Notes under the pieces: generated by a model
Database searches by the model: none
What the model was told of the DNA's origin: nothing
The model's input: only the letters and a program-made list of their open reading frames with translations
DNA from: Leptospirales bacterium
GTDB lineage: Bacteria; Spirochaetota; Leptospiria; Turneriellales; JAOUFE01
DNA length: 36,278 bases
Direction of reading: 5' to 3'
Assembly (NCBI GenBank): GCA_040326155.1
Contig: JBEQLE010000043.1
Location: forward strand, 1-36,278
Made by a program: the position numbers and the translations under genes
Shown here: piece after piece, positions 7,984-16,346 of the stretch
How the letters are laid out: each line of letters starts with the position of its first letter
How positions within the stretch are numbered: position 1 is the stretch's first letter

Positions 7984-9199
7984 CTTTTGTAAAATGAGAG
8001 AATCTTTTTTCGTAGCGTGAAAAAAAGAACAATAAAATAAGTCCAAAGAAAGAGACAAGCGCCGAAATGTGAAAAGCAAGCGCATAGGCACCGACGGCTG
8101 CCAGGTTTCCGAGAAAGAAACTGCCACCGCCTGTTCCAATCGCCCGACCAAAAGTAGTGTACAACGCCTGCGACGTGGCAAGACGACGGGGGTTTGTTTT
8201 TTGTTGTAGATATAACAAGGCCCCGAGATAACACCCGGCAAATTGTATGCCATGTAATCCCTGGGTAAATACCGAAGCCAGGTCGTTTTCAAAATATGCG
8301 CTGAGCAGGTATCGAAGGCAGCCGGCAACCAGACCTGCGGCAATTAAAAACAGCGGGCCAAAACGTCGTATTAAAAACGGCGATATAAAGAAAAAACCTA
8401 TTTCAACCAGCGTACCTAAAAACCAGACAAAATATTGCGGACGAATAATATCGACCAACCCCAGGTTTTGAACTTTTTTGAATATAAAAGGACTTATTAC
8501 ATACTCGGCTGTTGAAAAAGAAAAATAAAACATCATGGTTATAAACAGAAAAAAGATAAAAAGGGGAGTACTCAAAAGAGCCCAGGTTTTCTTTAATGTA
8601 ATTCGGGCAACTTGCTCACCACCCTCACGACCACGGGGAATTAAAAACAAAAAGATTACACTGGCGATCATGAAGATACCCGCCCATCTTATTGCCTCGC
8701 CCGAACCCAGGTTGGGAGCAAAACTTAGTATCCCGTTTGGAATTGCAAAACCCAGCGTTCCATATAAACGAACTCTACCGAAAAGTTCAACAGAATGCCC
8801 GTTTTGTAAATAGGAAATATTAATTAAAGGAATAATACCTCCCATGAAAAACATAAAAGACGACCAGAAAATTGCCGCACCGAGCTTTATACCCGAAGGC
8901 TCCATAAAAACCCCCCAGGGTAAATACGAAAGGCAAACAAGAGATATACCGGCCATAATTGTCCAACTTAGGGCAATATAGCGAATATGCATGGTCTTAT
9001 CGGAAATATAGCCTGCAATAAAGGCACCAATTGGCATGGCTACCTGGCCAAAAAGATAAATTTTACCGGGGTCGGGAATTTGTAACGAACCAGGAACAAA
9101 CAGGCCAATCTGGGGAATAACAAGACCCATGCCTGTAAAAAACAAAGCGAACCAGATTTTATAAGCGCCCGGTGAGTATAAAAGTGTTTGGATGTTCAA
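7979..9199 (-). CDS. MFS transporter (MFS_1-like)
   Basis: ~12 TM helices, GYISDKT motif A, FGRVRLYGTLGF and QGLHGIQF motifs. Confidence 0.92.
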   Translation of the reverse strand: MNIQTLLYSPGAYKIWFALFFTGMGLVIPQIGLFVPGSLQIPDPGKIYLFGQVAMPIGAFIAGYISDKTMHIRYIALSWTIMAGISLVCLSYLPWGVFMEPSGIKLGAAIFWSSFMFFMGGIIPLINISYLQNGHSVELFGRVRLYGTLGFAIPNGILSFAPNLGSGEAIRWAGIFMIASVIFLFLIPRGREGGEQVARITLKKTWALLSTPLFIFFLFITMMFYFSFSTAEYVISPFIFKKVQNLGLVDIIRPQYFVWFLGTLVEIGFFFISPFLIRRFGPLFLIAAGLVAGCLRYLLSAYFENDLASVFTQGLHGIQFAGCYLGALLYLQQKTNPRRLATSQALYTTFGRAIGTGGGSFFLGNLAAVGAYALAFHISALVSFFGLILLFFFSRYEKRFSHFTKD

Positions 9200-9537
9200 T
9201 CGTGAATAGAATCAAGCGCGTCTTCGGGATTTTTATAAACCTCGAGCACAGAACTCAACTTTGTAATTTCAAGCAGGTTGTCTACATCAGGGCTGATAGA
9301 TGCCAGTGCGAACCGCCCGTTTCTTTTTTCAATCTCTTTAAAAATATTTAAAAAGATTCCCAAAGCTGCGGAATTTATAAAAGGCACACTTTTCATGTCT
9401 ACGACAATTTTTGGTACTTCGCTCTGGTGCATGCAGGTTTCAAGCTGGTCGGCCAGGTCAAATTCCATTCCAGATTTTATCGGGCCATCGATCTCAACCA
9501 CCCATACGCTGCCATTTTTTTTTGTTTTTGTTTCCAT
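9196..9537 (-). CDS. STAS-domain anti-sigma-factor antagonist
   Basis: IVVDMKSVPFINSAALG (conserved phosphorylatable Ser), LLEITKL. Confidence 0.93.
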   Translation of the reverse strand: METKTKKNGSVWVVEIDGPIKSGMEFDLADQLETCMHQSEVPKIVVDMKSVPFINSAALGIFLNIFKEIEKRNGRFALASISPDVDNLLEITKLSSVLEVYKNPEDALDSIHD

Positions 9538-9695
9538 TTTAATTCCAGTGCTATAATTTCATAATAATCGAAGTTGAACGGAAAATATATAATTCGCGAC
9601 GGTAGTTGCAAGTACTTTTTACATAATACTCTCTTTAAAAAATGTTTGTCTGGTCATCTTAATCCACAAAGCTGCGCCAATGGTGAAGGAAAATT

Positions 9696-12068
9696 ATGGA
9701 ATCAACAACTGAAAATGAAACAAAAACGGGTAAAAAAAGTAAGCAAATAAAACTGCTTCCCGATTTTCTACTCGCAGATGAGGCAGAACCGGCACATATT
9801 GCACTGAAAATAATTCGTAAAATAGTACGTACTATAATCGGAGCAGTTCAGAAGTTTATGGGCGACGAGGGCATTTTAAGAGCCGCCTCCATCAGTTATT
9901 CCGTCATTGTGAGTTTTATACCGACCGTTATTGTCGTATTTCTTGTCGGCAACCGGTTTTTTGACTTTGACAGGTATAAAATTATTATTAGAGAGTTTAT
10001 TCGTAAAAATGACCTTCCCTTTCAACCCGACCCCTATTTTGAAGTGTTTGACCAATTGCTATTGAACGCAGATGCTATAACCGGAATTGCACTCATTGTA
10101 ATCTTATTTTCAGCCACAGCTGTTTTACGAAACCTGGAAAATGCCTTAAACAGAGTATGGAAAGTAAAAAAAAGTCGTCCGTGGATGCAAAAAATCGCGG
10201 GTTTCTTATTTGTACTTATTTTAGGCCCCGCTCTTTTAACAGTGGGACTTTCCACAGGGCAATCTTATGTACGAAAAGCCGCTCCACCCGATATATTACA
10301 AATTCAACTCGAACAAAACAAACCTGTAGTGCTCGGCTCACAAGGCTTGTATATAAAGAAAGAAGAGACTCAATGGACGTCTGCTTTTAAACTAACAACA
10401 ATTGACTTTGAGGCGCAAAAAGAACCAACTTTAATTAACGAAGAGAACAACCGTTTGTTGAGCCCCGAAGAGGTCGATGCAGTTCGAAGCGTTTTAGGCA
10501 AAATCGATAAAACGAAAGAGTCAGATATCTCAAGCACCAGTATTCGAGATACCGCCAAAGCCGGTGAAAAAGTCTGGGTGGTTACAGAAAACGGGAACAT
10601 TCTGTTTTCAAAAGACGGTGGAAAAAACTGGTCTGTGCAAAGATACCTGATCGAAAAAATGAAGCTACTTTTTGCGGTACGCTTTAGAAAGATTGTAATG
10701 GTTAACGAAGAAACCGGTTTTATACTGGGTACTTCCGGACTCATTTTAAATACAAACGATGGAGGAGATACATGGAATCCCTCCTACCTCGAAAATGTTA
10801 CAACAAATTTTAACGATGTAGAAAAAATATCTGCAAACACATATATTGCGGTAGGCGATGACTTTACAATTTTGCGTAGCAAAGACGCAGGAAAAACCTG
10901 GCGCTCCATGAACGCCACAGTTAAAGCTGGAAAGACAAAAGAGAACCCCGACCTTTTGGATGTTTTTTCCATAAAATCGCATATCTGGATTGCAGGCGAT
11001 ATGGGTACAATTTTGCACTCTACAGACTATGGCAGGTCATGGGACCAAAAAGATCTGGGCCTGCATAACATAGACTTCAGAACGATTGCTTTCAAAAATG
11101 TTGCCAACGGTATTGTTGCAGGTGAAGCGGGAACCATTCGAGAAACCAATGACGGAGGCGCCACATGGAAAAAAGTTACAGGCTCTTTTCGCACCAACCT
11201 GAACCATGCTTTATTCGACGCAACCAATGACCGATTGTGGATAGCCGGAGAGGGGTATTACCTTTACGAAATTTCGGGAAATCAGTTTTCCAAAGCGAAA
11301 AAAATACTGAAACCGGCCTTCTGGAGAAAAATATTTGTAGCCCTGGGTGATATTGTGTTGCCATTTTTTGCTATTTGGAGTATCTTTTTTCTTATCTATA
11401 AAATTATGCCTTACACAGATGTCTCCAATCGGGCGGGAGCCTGGGGGGCTTTTGCCACTTCGGTTTTATGGGTAACTTTTTTATTAGTCTATAAATCTTA
11501 CGCGGGCCTATTTACAAAAGGACAACTTGCAATCTACGGAACCCTGGCGGCAATTCCAGTCACCCTTATACTGGTTTATATTTCGGCGGCAATTATTGTC
11601 TTCGGTGCCGAAATCGGATATTATATACAATTTCCAGACACACTCCGGTTAGGTCATCGCAAAATTGGAATTGAAATAGAAAAAAGACAGATCTGGTATG
11701 CCTTTCGTTTTCTTCAGGTTTTATACGAAAATTTTCACAAAGGTAACGGCGCGACAAAAGAGTCTGCTTTAATAAAAGCGTGTAACAATGACGTTGACGA
11801 TTACAAACTACTTATGGGAAATTTCATAGAGCTCGAAATAGTAGAGAAAACCGAGAAAGGACATTATCTACCCGCAAAAGGGGCCGAAACTCTGTTTCTA
11901 AAAAACCTGATTGAAATTATCGATCCGGTTGATTTTCGAGTTCCGTCCATGTCCGGCAAAGATGGATATTACAAAGAGCTAGGAACATATTTTTCCAAAA
12001 TGAAAAAAAATCGTAGTGAAATCTTTGAAGAAACGACAATTGCCGATTTGTTGCAAACAAACAAGTAA
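9696..12068 (+). CDS. YihY/BrkB-family membrane protein with inserted BNR/YCF48-like beta-propeller
   Basis: YihY motifs (RAASISYS, ENALNRVW, IYGTLAAIP, FGAEI) flank Asp-box repeats SKDGGKNW, TNDGGDTW, SKDAGKTW, STDYGRSW, TNDGGATW. Confidence 0.88.
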   Translation: MESTTENETKTGKKSKQIKLLPDFLLADEAEPAHIALKIIRKIVRTIIGAVQKFMGDEGILRAASISYSVIVSFIPTVIVVFLVGNRFFDFDRYKIIIREFIRKNDLPFQPDPYFEVFDQLLLNADAITGIALIVILFSATAVLRNLENALNRVWKVKKSRPWMQKIAGFLFVLILGPALLTVGLSTGQSYVRKAAPPDILQIQLEQNKPVVLGSQGLYIKKEETQWTSAFKLTTIDFEAQKEPTLINEENNRLLSPEEVDAVRSVLGKIDKTKESDISSTSIRDTAKAGEKVWVVTENGNILFSKDGGKNWSVQRYLIEKMKLLFAVRFRKIVMVNEETGFILGTSGLILNTNDGGDTWNPSYLENVTTNFNDVEKISANTYIAVGDDFTILRSKDAGKTWRSMNATVKAGKTKENPDLLDVFSIKSHIWIAGDMGTILHSTDYGRSWDQKDLGLHNIDFRTIAFKNVANGIVAGEAGTIRETNDGGATWKKVTGSFRTNLNHALFDATNDRLWIAGEGYYLYEISGNQFSKAKKILKPAFWRKIFVALGDIVLPFFAIWSIFFLIYKIMPYTDVSNRAGAWGAFATSVLWVTFLLVYKSYAGLFTKGQLAIYGTLAAIPVTLILVYISAAIIVFGAEIGYYIQFPDTLRLGHRKIGIEIEKRQIWYAFRFLQVLYENFHKGNGATKESALIKACNNDVDDYKLLMGNFIELEIVEKTEKGHYLPAKGAETLFLKNLIEIIDPVDFRVPSMSGKDGYYKELGTYFSKMKKNRSEIFEETTIADLLQTNK

Positions 12069-12080
12069 TACGACTTTAAT

Positions 12081-12866
12081 ATGAAAGTAGCTTGTACGGT
12101 CCAATATAACGGGGCTGCGTATTTTGGGTTTCAAGTTCAAAAAGATTGCATTACCGTTCAGGAGCAGCTCGAAAAAGTATTACACAGATACTTTCAAAAC
12201 CCGATTAGAATTACCCCTGCGGGAAGAACCGATACGGGAGTTCACTCGGTTGGCCAGGTTATTCATTTCGACCTCGAGGCTAAAACTGAATTTTCGAAAG
12301 AGGAATTAGAACTGGCAATATACAACCTGAACAGTATGCTGCCGCGAGACATTTCAATTATACACGCAGATTTTGTACCGGACAAATTTCACGCCCGTTA
12401 CTCTTGTTTTCAAAGAAAATACCTGTACCGCGTAGTCCGCTCCGACTATCGCATGGCAATACATGGGAATTGTCTATGGGTAAGACACCCACTTAATGTT
12501 ACAAAAATGGAAGAAGCCGCCCAAGTGTTAATCGGCGAACACGATTTTGCTTCCTTTACAAAAGAAATTTATTCTCGAAATAACGAAATAACAATCCGCA
12601 GAATCGATAATATAGTTATAGAAGAAAACGCACCCAAAATAAATTTCTACTATTCGGGCTCAGGTTTTTTACATAACATGATCAGAATTATAACAGGTAC
12701 GCTTTTAAAAGTCGGCAAAGGCGAAATTACCCCTGCAGATATAGAAAAGATTCTACACGCGAGAACAAGAGATCACATCGGAGACACCCTCCCCCCTTTT
12801 CCATTGATTTTTCTGGAAGCCCTTTATGAAGACTACAAAACTCCGCCCGAATTACTAACGGTTTAA
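12081..12866 (+). CDS. truA: tRNA pseudouridine(38-40) synthase
   Basis: AGRTDTGVHSVGQV, FHARYS, GEHDFASF and GFLHNMIRII motifs. Confidence 0.97.
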   Translation: MKVACTVQYNGAAYFGFQVQKDCITVQEQLEKVLHRYFQNPIRITPAGRTDTGVHSVGQVIHFDLEAKTEFSKEELELAIYNLNSMLPRDISIIHADFVPDKFHARYSCFQRKYLYRVVRSDYRMAIHGNCLWVRHPLNVTKMEEAAQVLIGEHDFASFTKEIYSRNNEITIRRIDNIVIEENAPKINFYYSGSGFLHNMIRIITGTLLKVGKGEITPADIEKILHARTRDHIGDTLPPFPLIFLEALYEDYKTPPELLTV

Positions 12867-12870
12867 AGAC

Positions 12871-13000
12871 AAAAGGGGAAAAGCAGGTCCCTACTCTGTG
12901 CGACCTTTCTCTTTTCCCTAAAGCCGACTTTTATATAAGGGCACAGTGTGCCCTTATATAAAAGTCGGCGCTACCCAATACGATATTTTTATAGCATCGA
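12871..13000 (+). repeat. Modular three-stem intergenic repeat, copy 1
   Basis: GGGGAAAAG...CTTTTCCCT stem, long perfect hairpin GCCGACTTTTATATAAGGGCACA-G-TGTGCCCTTATATAAAAGTCGGC, then GCTACCCAATACGATATTTT. Recurs at 31077 and 34616. Confidence 0.8.
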
Positions 13001-13052
13001 AGGTAGATTAACGATACTGAAGTAAATACAACAAGTACCGTGCATGAGTACA

Positions 13053-13613
13053 CTATTTCTTTATAGGCGGCCAAATGGAATTAATTTCCGGTTCCTCAGC
13101 CACATAAACCACCCAGGTTTTTTCGCCAGGTTTTCTCAATGGAATAGAGAGATCCCAGGAAGAAATTGTACCTTCCAGTAACTGTCCGACTTTTGTTTCA
13201 AATGTATAAACCATTGCCCAGGGGTTTCTACCGTTCACCGTTAACGAAGTATCCCTGTATACATCGATTATTTGTCCTTCAACGGCCAGCCCTTCTTCGA
13301 GGGCCTTTATCTGGTGCATAATTTTCTTTTTCGTATTTCTCCATGCAAAGAACCCTACAATGGGAAAAATAATGGACCAGAAAAAAACATATATAAATAC
13401 TTTGCTGATTTTTATAATGTAGTCTTCGTTGCATCTTTTTGCAAGGTAGTTCGCAGGCAGCTTTCTCGGTGTCGAAGGGGGCGCTTCTGCAAGTGTTTCT
13501 CCCGGAGGCGTAGGCAAAGGACCGCTGCAAAATGTACAGTGTGTCGACTCGCCAACTTTATTCGGCTGGTCACACCATCCGCATTCAATAACTGATATCT
13601 TTTGTGTTTCCAT
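13053..13613 (-). CDS. Membrane protein with N-terminal CxxC..CxxC zinc ribbon and DUF3592-like C-terminal domain
   Basis: CGWC...CTFC, a TM segment, VEGQIIDV...VNGRNPW.MVYTF...PGEKTWVVY. AGGAG RBS before ATG 13613 (the track starts at 13664). Confidence 0.75.
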   Translation of the reverse strand: METQKISVIECGWCDQPNKVGESTHCTFCSGPLPTPPGETLAEAPPSTPRKLPANYLAKRCNEDYIIKISKVFIYVFFWSIIFPIVGFFAWRNTKKKIMHQIKALEEGLAVEGQIIDVYRDTSLTVNGRNPWAMVYTFETKVGQLLEGTISSWDLSIPLRKPGEKTWVVYVAEEPEINSIWPPIKK

Positions 13614-14015
13614 AAATAATCTCCTGGTGAACCATTGCCTGTAATATTCTATTCCAATCTCCATATGGCAGTAAGAACCGCAACTTATTTTACAATTACG
13701 ATGTCTTTTAAAACTATATTGTGAACTTTTTATTTTATTTATAATATTAACGAACCATTAGCGAATATTTCCTGTTTTCCATTAGGAATTCAATTGGCTT
13801 ATTTTTAAAACTGAATAATTTTTTTAAATATCACAATAGTTTATCACTTTATAGTATTGTCTTTTATTCCATAAATACATTTAATTCGAAAAGTTATTTA
13901 TAGTTTATTGATAATACAGGGCTGCTGAGAGCGTTTTTATTAATTATTTAAATAAAAAGGGCATGCAAAGCTAAAATCTATTGACAAAATGTGTCATTTG
14001 TCCTAGGAGTTACCC

Positions 14016-14969
14016 ATGCAAAAAATCTCGCTTCTATTAATTTTGGTAATTTGCGGGAGTACTCTTTCTGCAAAATCATCCAAAGACAAAAATGCCAACA
14101 CTCTGATAAAAAGAAGAGTCCTTATTCTCGATTTTGTAAATATAAAAAAATCAGAAGACTACACCTATCTGGAACAAAGCATACCGGACTCCTTTCTAGA
14201 CCCACTTGACCAGACGAAATCTTTTGAACTGTTAAGCCGAAACCTCTGGACTAAACTTCGAAAACAACTTAAATACGAGAAAGAAGACGCCTACGATCAA
14301 GGTAAAGCTATTGAGGCAGGCAGAAGAGCGCCGGCTGATGTAATTGTCATGGGTAGTTACACAGTAATCGGTAGTAAAATGCAAATTAACGCAAGCGCTG
14401 TAGACCTTTCTTCGGGGCGAGCGCTGGTAAGCCGCTCTACCGTTACTCCACTTACAGCCAGTATGTTCCAGGCAATTAACAAACTTGCCAAAAGTATGGC
14501 TCAAGAGATGAAAGAAAAACTCCCCCCGTTACCGCAAAAGTTCATTGTTAAAGAACGGGTAAAATATGTCAAAGAGGGTGCGTTCAACACCGTCGGCATT
14601 ATCTGGCGTACTCTTGTAGTTCCCGGTTGGGGGCACCTTTATTCGAACAGGTCCCGAGGGTGGATTTACACGGGAGTCTGGGTGGGAAGCCTCGGTTTTC
14701 TAGGTTATAGTCTTTTTGCCGAAATTACAGCCAAGGCAGAATACCTGAATGCGCCAACAACTTCTAATCTGGATGCATTATATACAACTTATAATGACTC
14801 ACACAAGTTGAGGTGGTATGCCACCTATGCTACAATCGGAGTATATGCTATAGCGATGCTGGATGGCATTATATTCAAAAAAAAGAATACCGGGCAACAA
14901 CTTAATGCAAGGTTTTTACCTATCGTAGGGCCCCGCTACCAGGGCTTCATGTTTCAGCGCAATTTTTAA
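14016..14969 (+). CDS. Exported CsgG/FlgO/TolB-N-like domain protein with DUF5683-like C-terminal membrane region
   Basis: Signal peptide, VLILDFVN...ADVIVMGSY...INASAVDLSSG fold pattern, TLVVPGWGHLY motif, C-terminal Phe. Confidence 0.7.
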   Translation: MQKISLLLILVICGSTLSAKSSKDKNANTLIKRRVLILDFVNIKKSEDYTYLEQSIPDSFLDPLDQTKSFELLSRNLWTKLRKQLKYEKEDAYDQGKAIEAGRRAPADVIVMGSYTVIGSKMQINASAVDLSSGRALVSRSTVTPLTASMFQAINKLAKSMAQEMKEKLPPLPQKFIVKERVKYVKEGAFNTVGIIWRTLVVPGWGHLYSNRSRGWIYTGVWVGSLGFLGYSLFAEITAKAEYLNAPTTSNLDALYTTYNDSHKLRWYATYATIGVYAIAMLDGIIFKKKNTGQQLNARFLPIVGPRYQGFMFQRNF

Positions 14970-14996
14970 AAGATACTATTGAAAACAGGATATACT

Positions 14997-16190
14997 ATGA
15001 ATAAAATAAAAGTATTTATAACGATAGCAACCATCAGTCTGGTAACAATAGCGACACCCGGTTGCATTAACGATGTTGCGTACAGAAGTGATCATTTTTC
15101 GAGCACGGCGGTAACATGGGATATGGTCGCCGCGGGAGACACACACACCCTCGCCCTGCTATCAGATGGAACATTATGGGCATGGGGCGGCAACACAAAC
15201 GGCCAACTCGGACTAGGCGATTCAGGGTTGGGCACCGATAGAAATACTCCAACCCAGGTCGGGAGTTCAACATGGACTAAAGTCAGCGCTGGTTACGATT
15301 TCAGCATTGGCATAAAAAGCGACGGAACCTTATGGGCATGGGGTTTGAATAGTGTATATCAATTGGGGCTGAACGATACGACCCTCAGAAGCAGCCCGAC
15401 AAAAATCGGTTCTGCCAAAAACTGGGCAACGGTTTCGGCCGGTTACGACCACGCCTTTGCAATAAACAACAGCGCTAAGTTATTCGCCTGGGGAAGCAAC
15501 ACCACAGGAGAATTAGGTGACAACAACAACCCAAACGCATCAACCATACCCAAAGCTATAGACGCCGCCAACAACTACGCTCAGGTCGCGGCGGGCCAGG
15601 ATTTTACCATAGCCCGCAGAACCGCAAATACGATATTTGCCTGGGGGTATAATTTAAACGCTGAACTGGGCGACGGCAGCTATGCACAAAAAAACACCCA
15701 GGGGTTTTCAACCGCTTCTTATATCCAGATAGATGCGGGCGGTGGAGTCGCACTGGGAGGCCACGGCTGCGGTATTAAATCGGACAGCACCTTGTTTTGC
15801 TGGGGTGCGGGCACTCTTGGCCAGTTGGGAGATAACAACTCGACCACCTCAAACACCCATGTGCAGGAATTTACCGGTGTGACAACCTGGTCATCTGTTT
15901 CACTGGGTGCGTACCATGCACATGCAATACAAACAGACAGTACGTTATGGGCCTGGGGTTATGATTTTAACGGCCAGCTCGGTCTTGGAACCTCAGGGGG
16001 CGGCACAGACCAAGCATCGCCCGTACAGGTTGGTACGGCCACCGACTGGGAATCGATTTCGGCAGGCAGTTTTCACAATGGCGCTATACGAAATGGGCGA
16101 TTATTTACGTGGGGACTGAACACAAACGGACAGCTCGGAAACGGCGATTATAATCAACAACCATCACCGGTAGAAATAGCTGTACCTTAA
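14997..16190 (+). CDS. RCC1/BLIP-II repeat beta-propeller lipoprotein
   Basis: About seven repeats of AGxxH/F...DGTLWAWGxNxxGQLG. Signal ends ATPG-C. AGGA RBS before ATG 14997. Confidence 0.92.
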   Translation: MNKIKVFITIATISLVTIATPGCINDVAYRSDHFSSTAVTWDMVAAGDTHTLALLSDGTLWAWGGNTNGQLGLGDSGLGTDRNTPTQVGSSTWTKVSAGYDFSIGIKSDGTLWAWGLNSVYQLGLNDTTLRSSPTKIGSAKNWATVSAGYDHAFAINNSAKLFAWGSNTTGELGDNNNPNASTIPKAIDAANNYAQVAAGQDFTIARRTANTIFAWGYNLNAELGDGSYAQKNTQGFSTASYIQIDAGGGVALGGHGCGIKSDSTLFCWGAGTLGQLGDNNSTTSNTHVQEFTGVTTWSSVSLGAYHAHAIQTDSTLWAWGYDFNGQLGLGTSGGGTDQASPVQVGTATDWESISAGSFHNGAIRNGRLFTWGLNTNGQLGNGDYNQQPSPVEIAVP

Positions 16191-16346
16191 GCTAAAGAAC
16201 TTCATTATATATTAATTGAAAACTATATGGAAATTCCATAAAACAGGTTAATATTGAAAAGAATAAAAGAAAAACATATTTTAAAATGATAATCTTATAA
16301 ATATAATTTAATTAAACAAAATAAACACAAAAGAGAGGGTGACATC

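Noticed and set aside
13915..13980. Possible c-di-GMP-I riboswitch (GCAAAGCTA)
   Set aside because: Lacks the GGCAAAC/GNRA P2 stem and tetraloop receptor; only a short motif matches.
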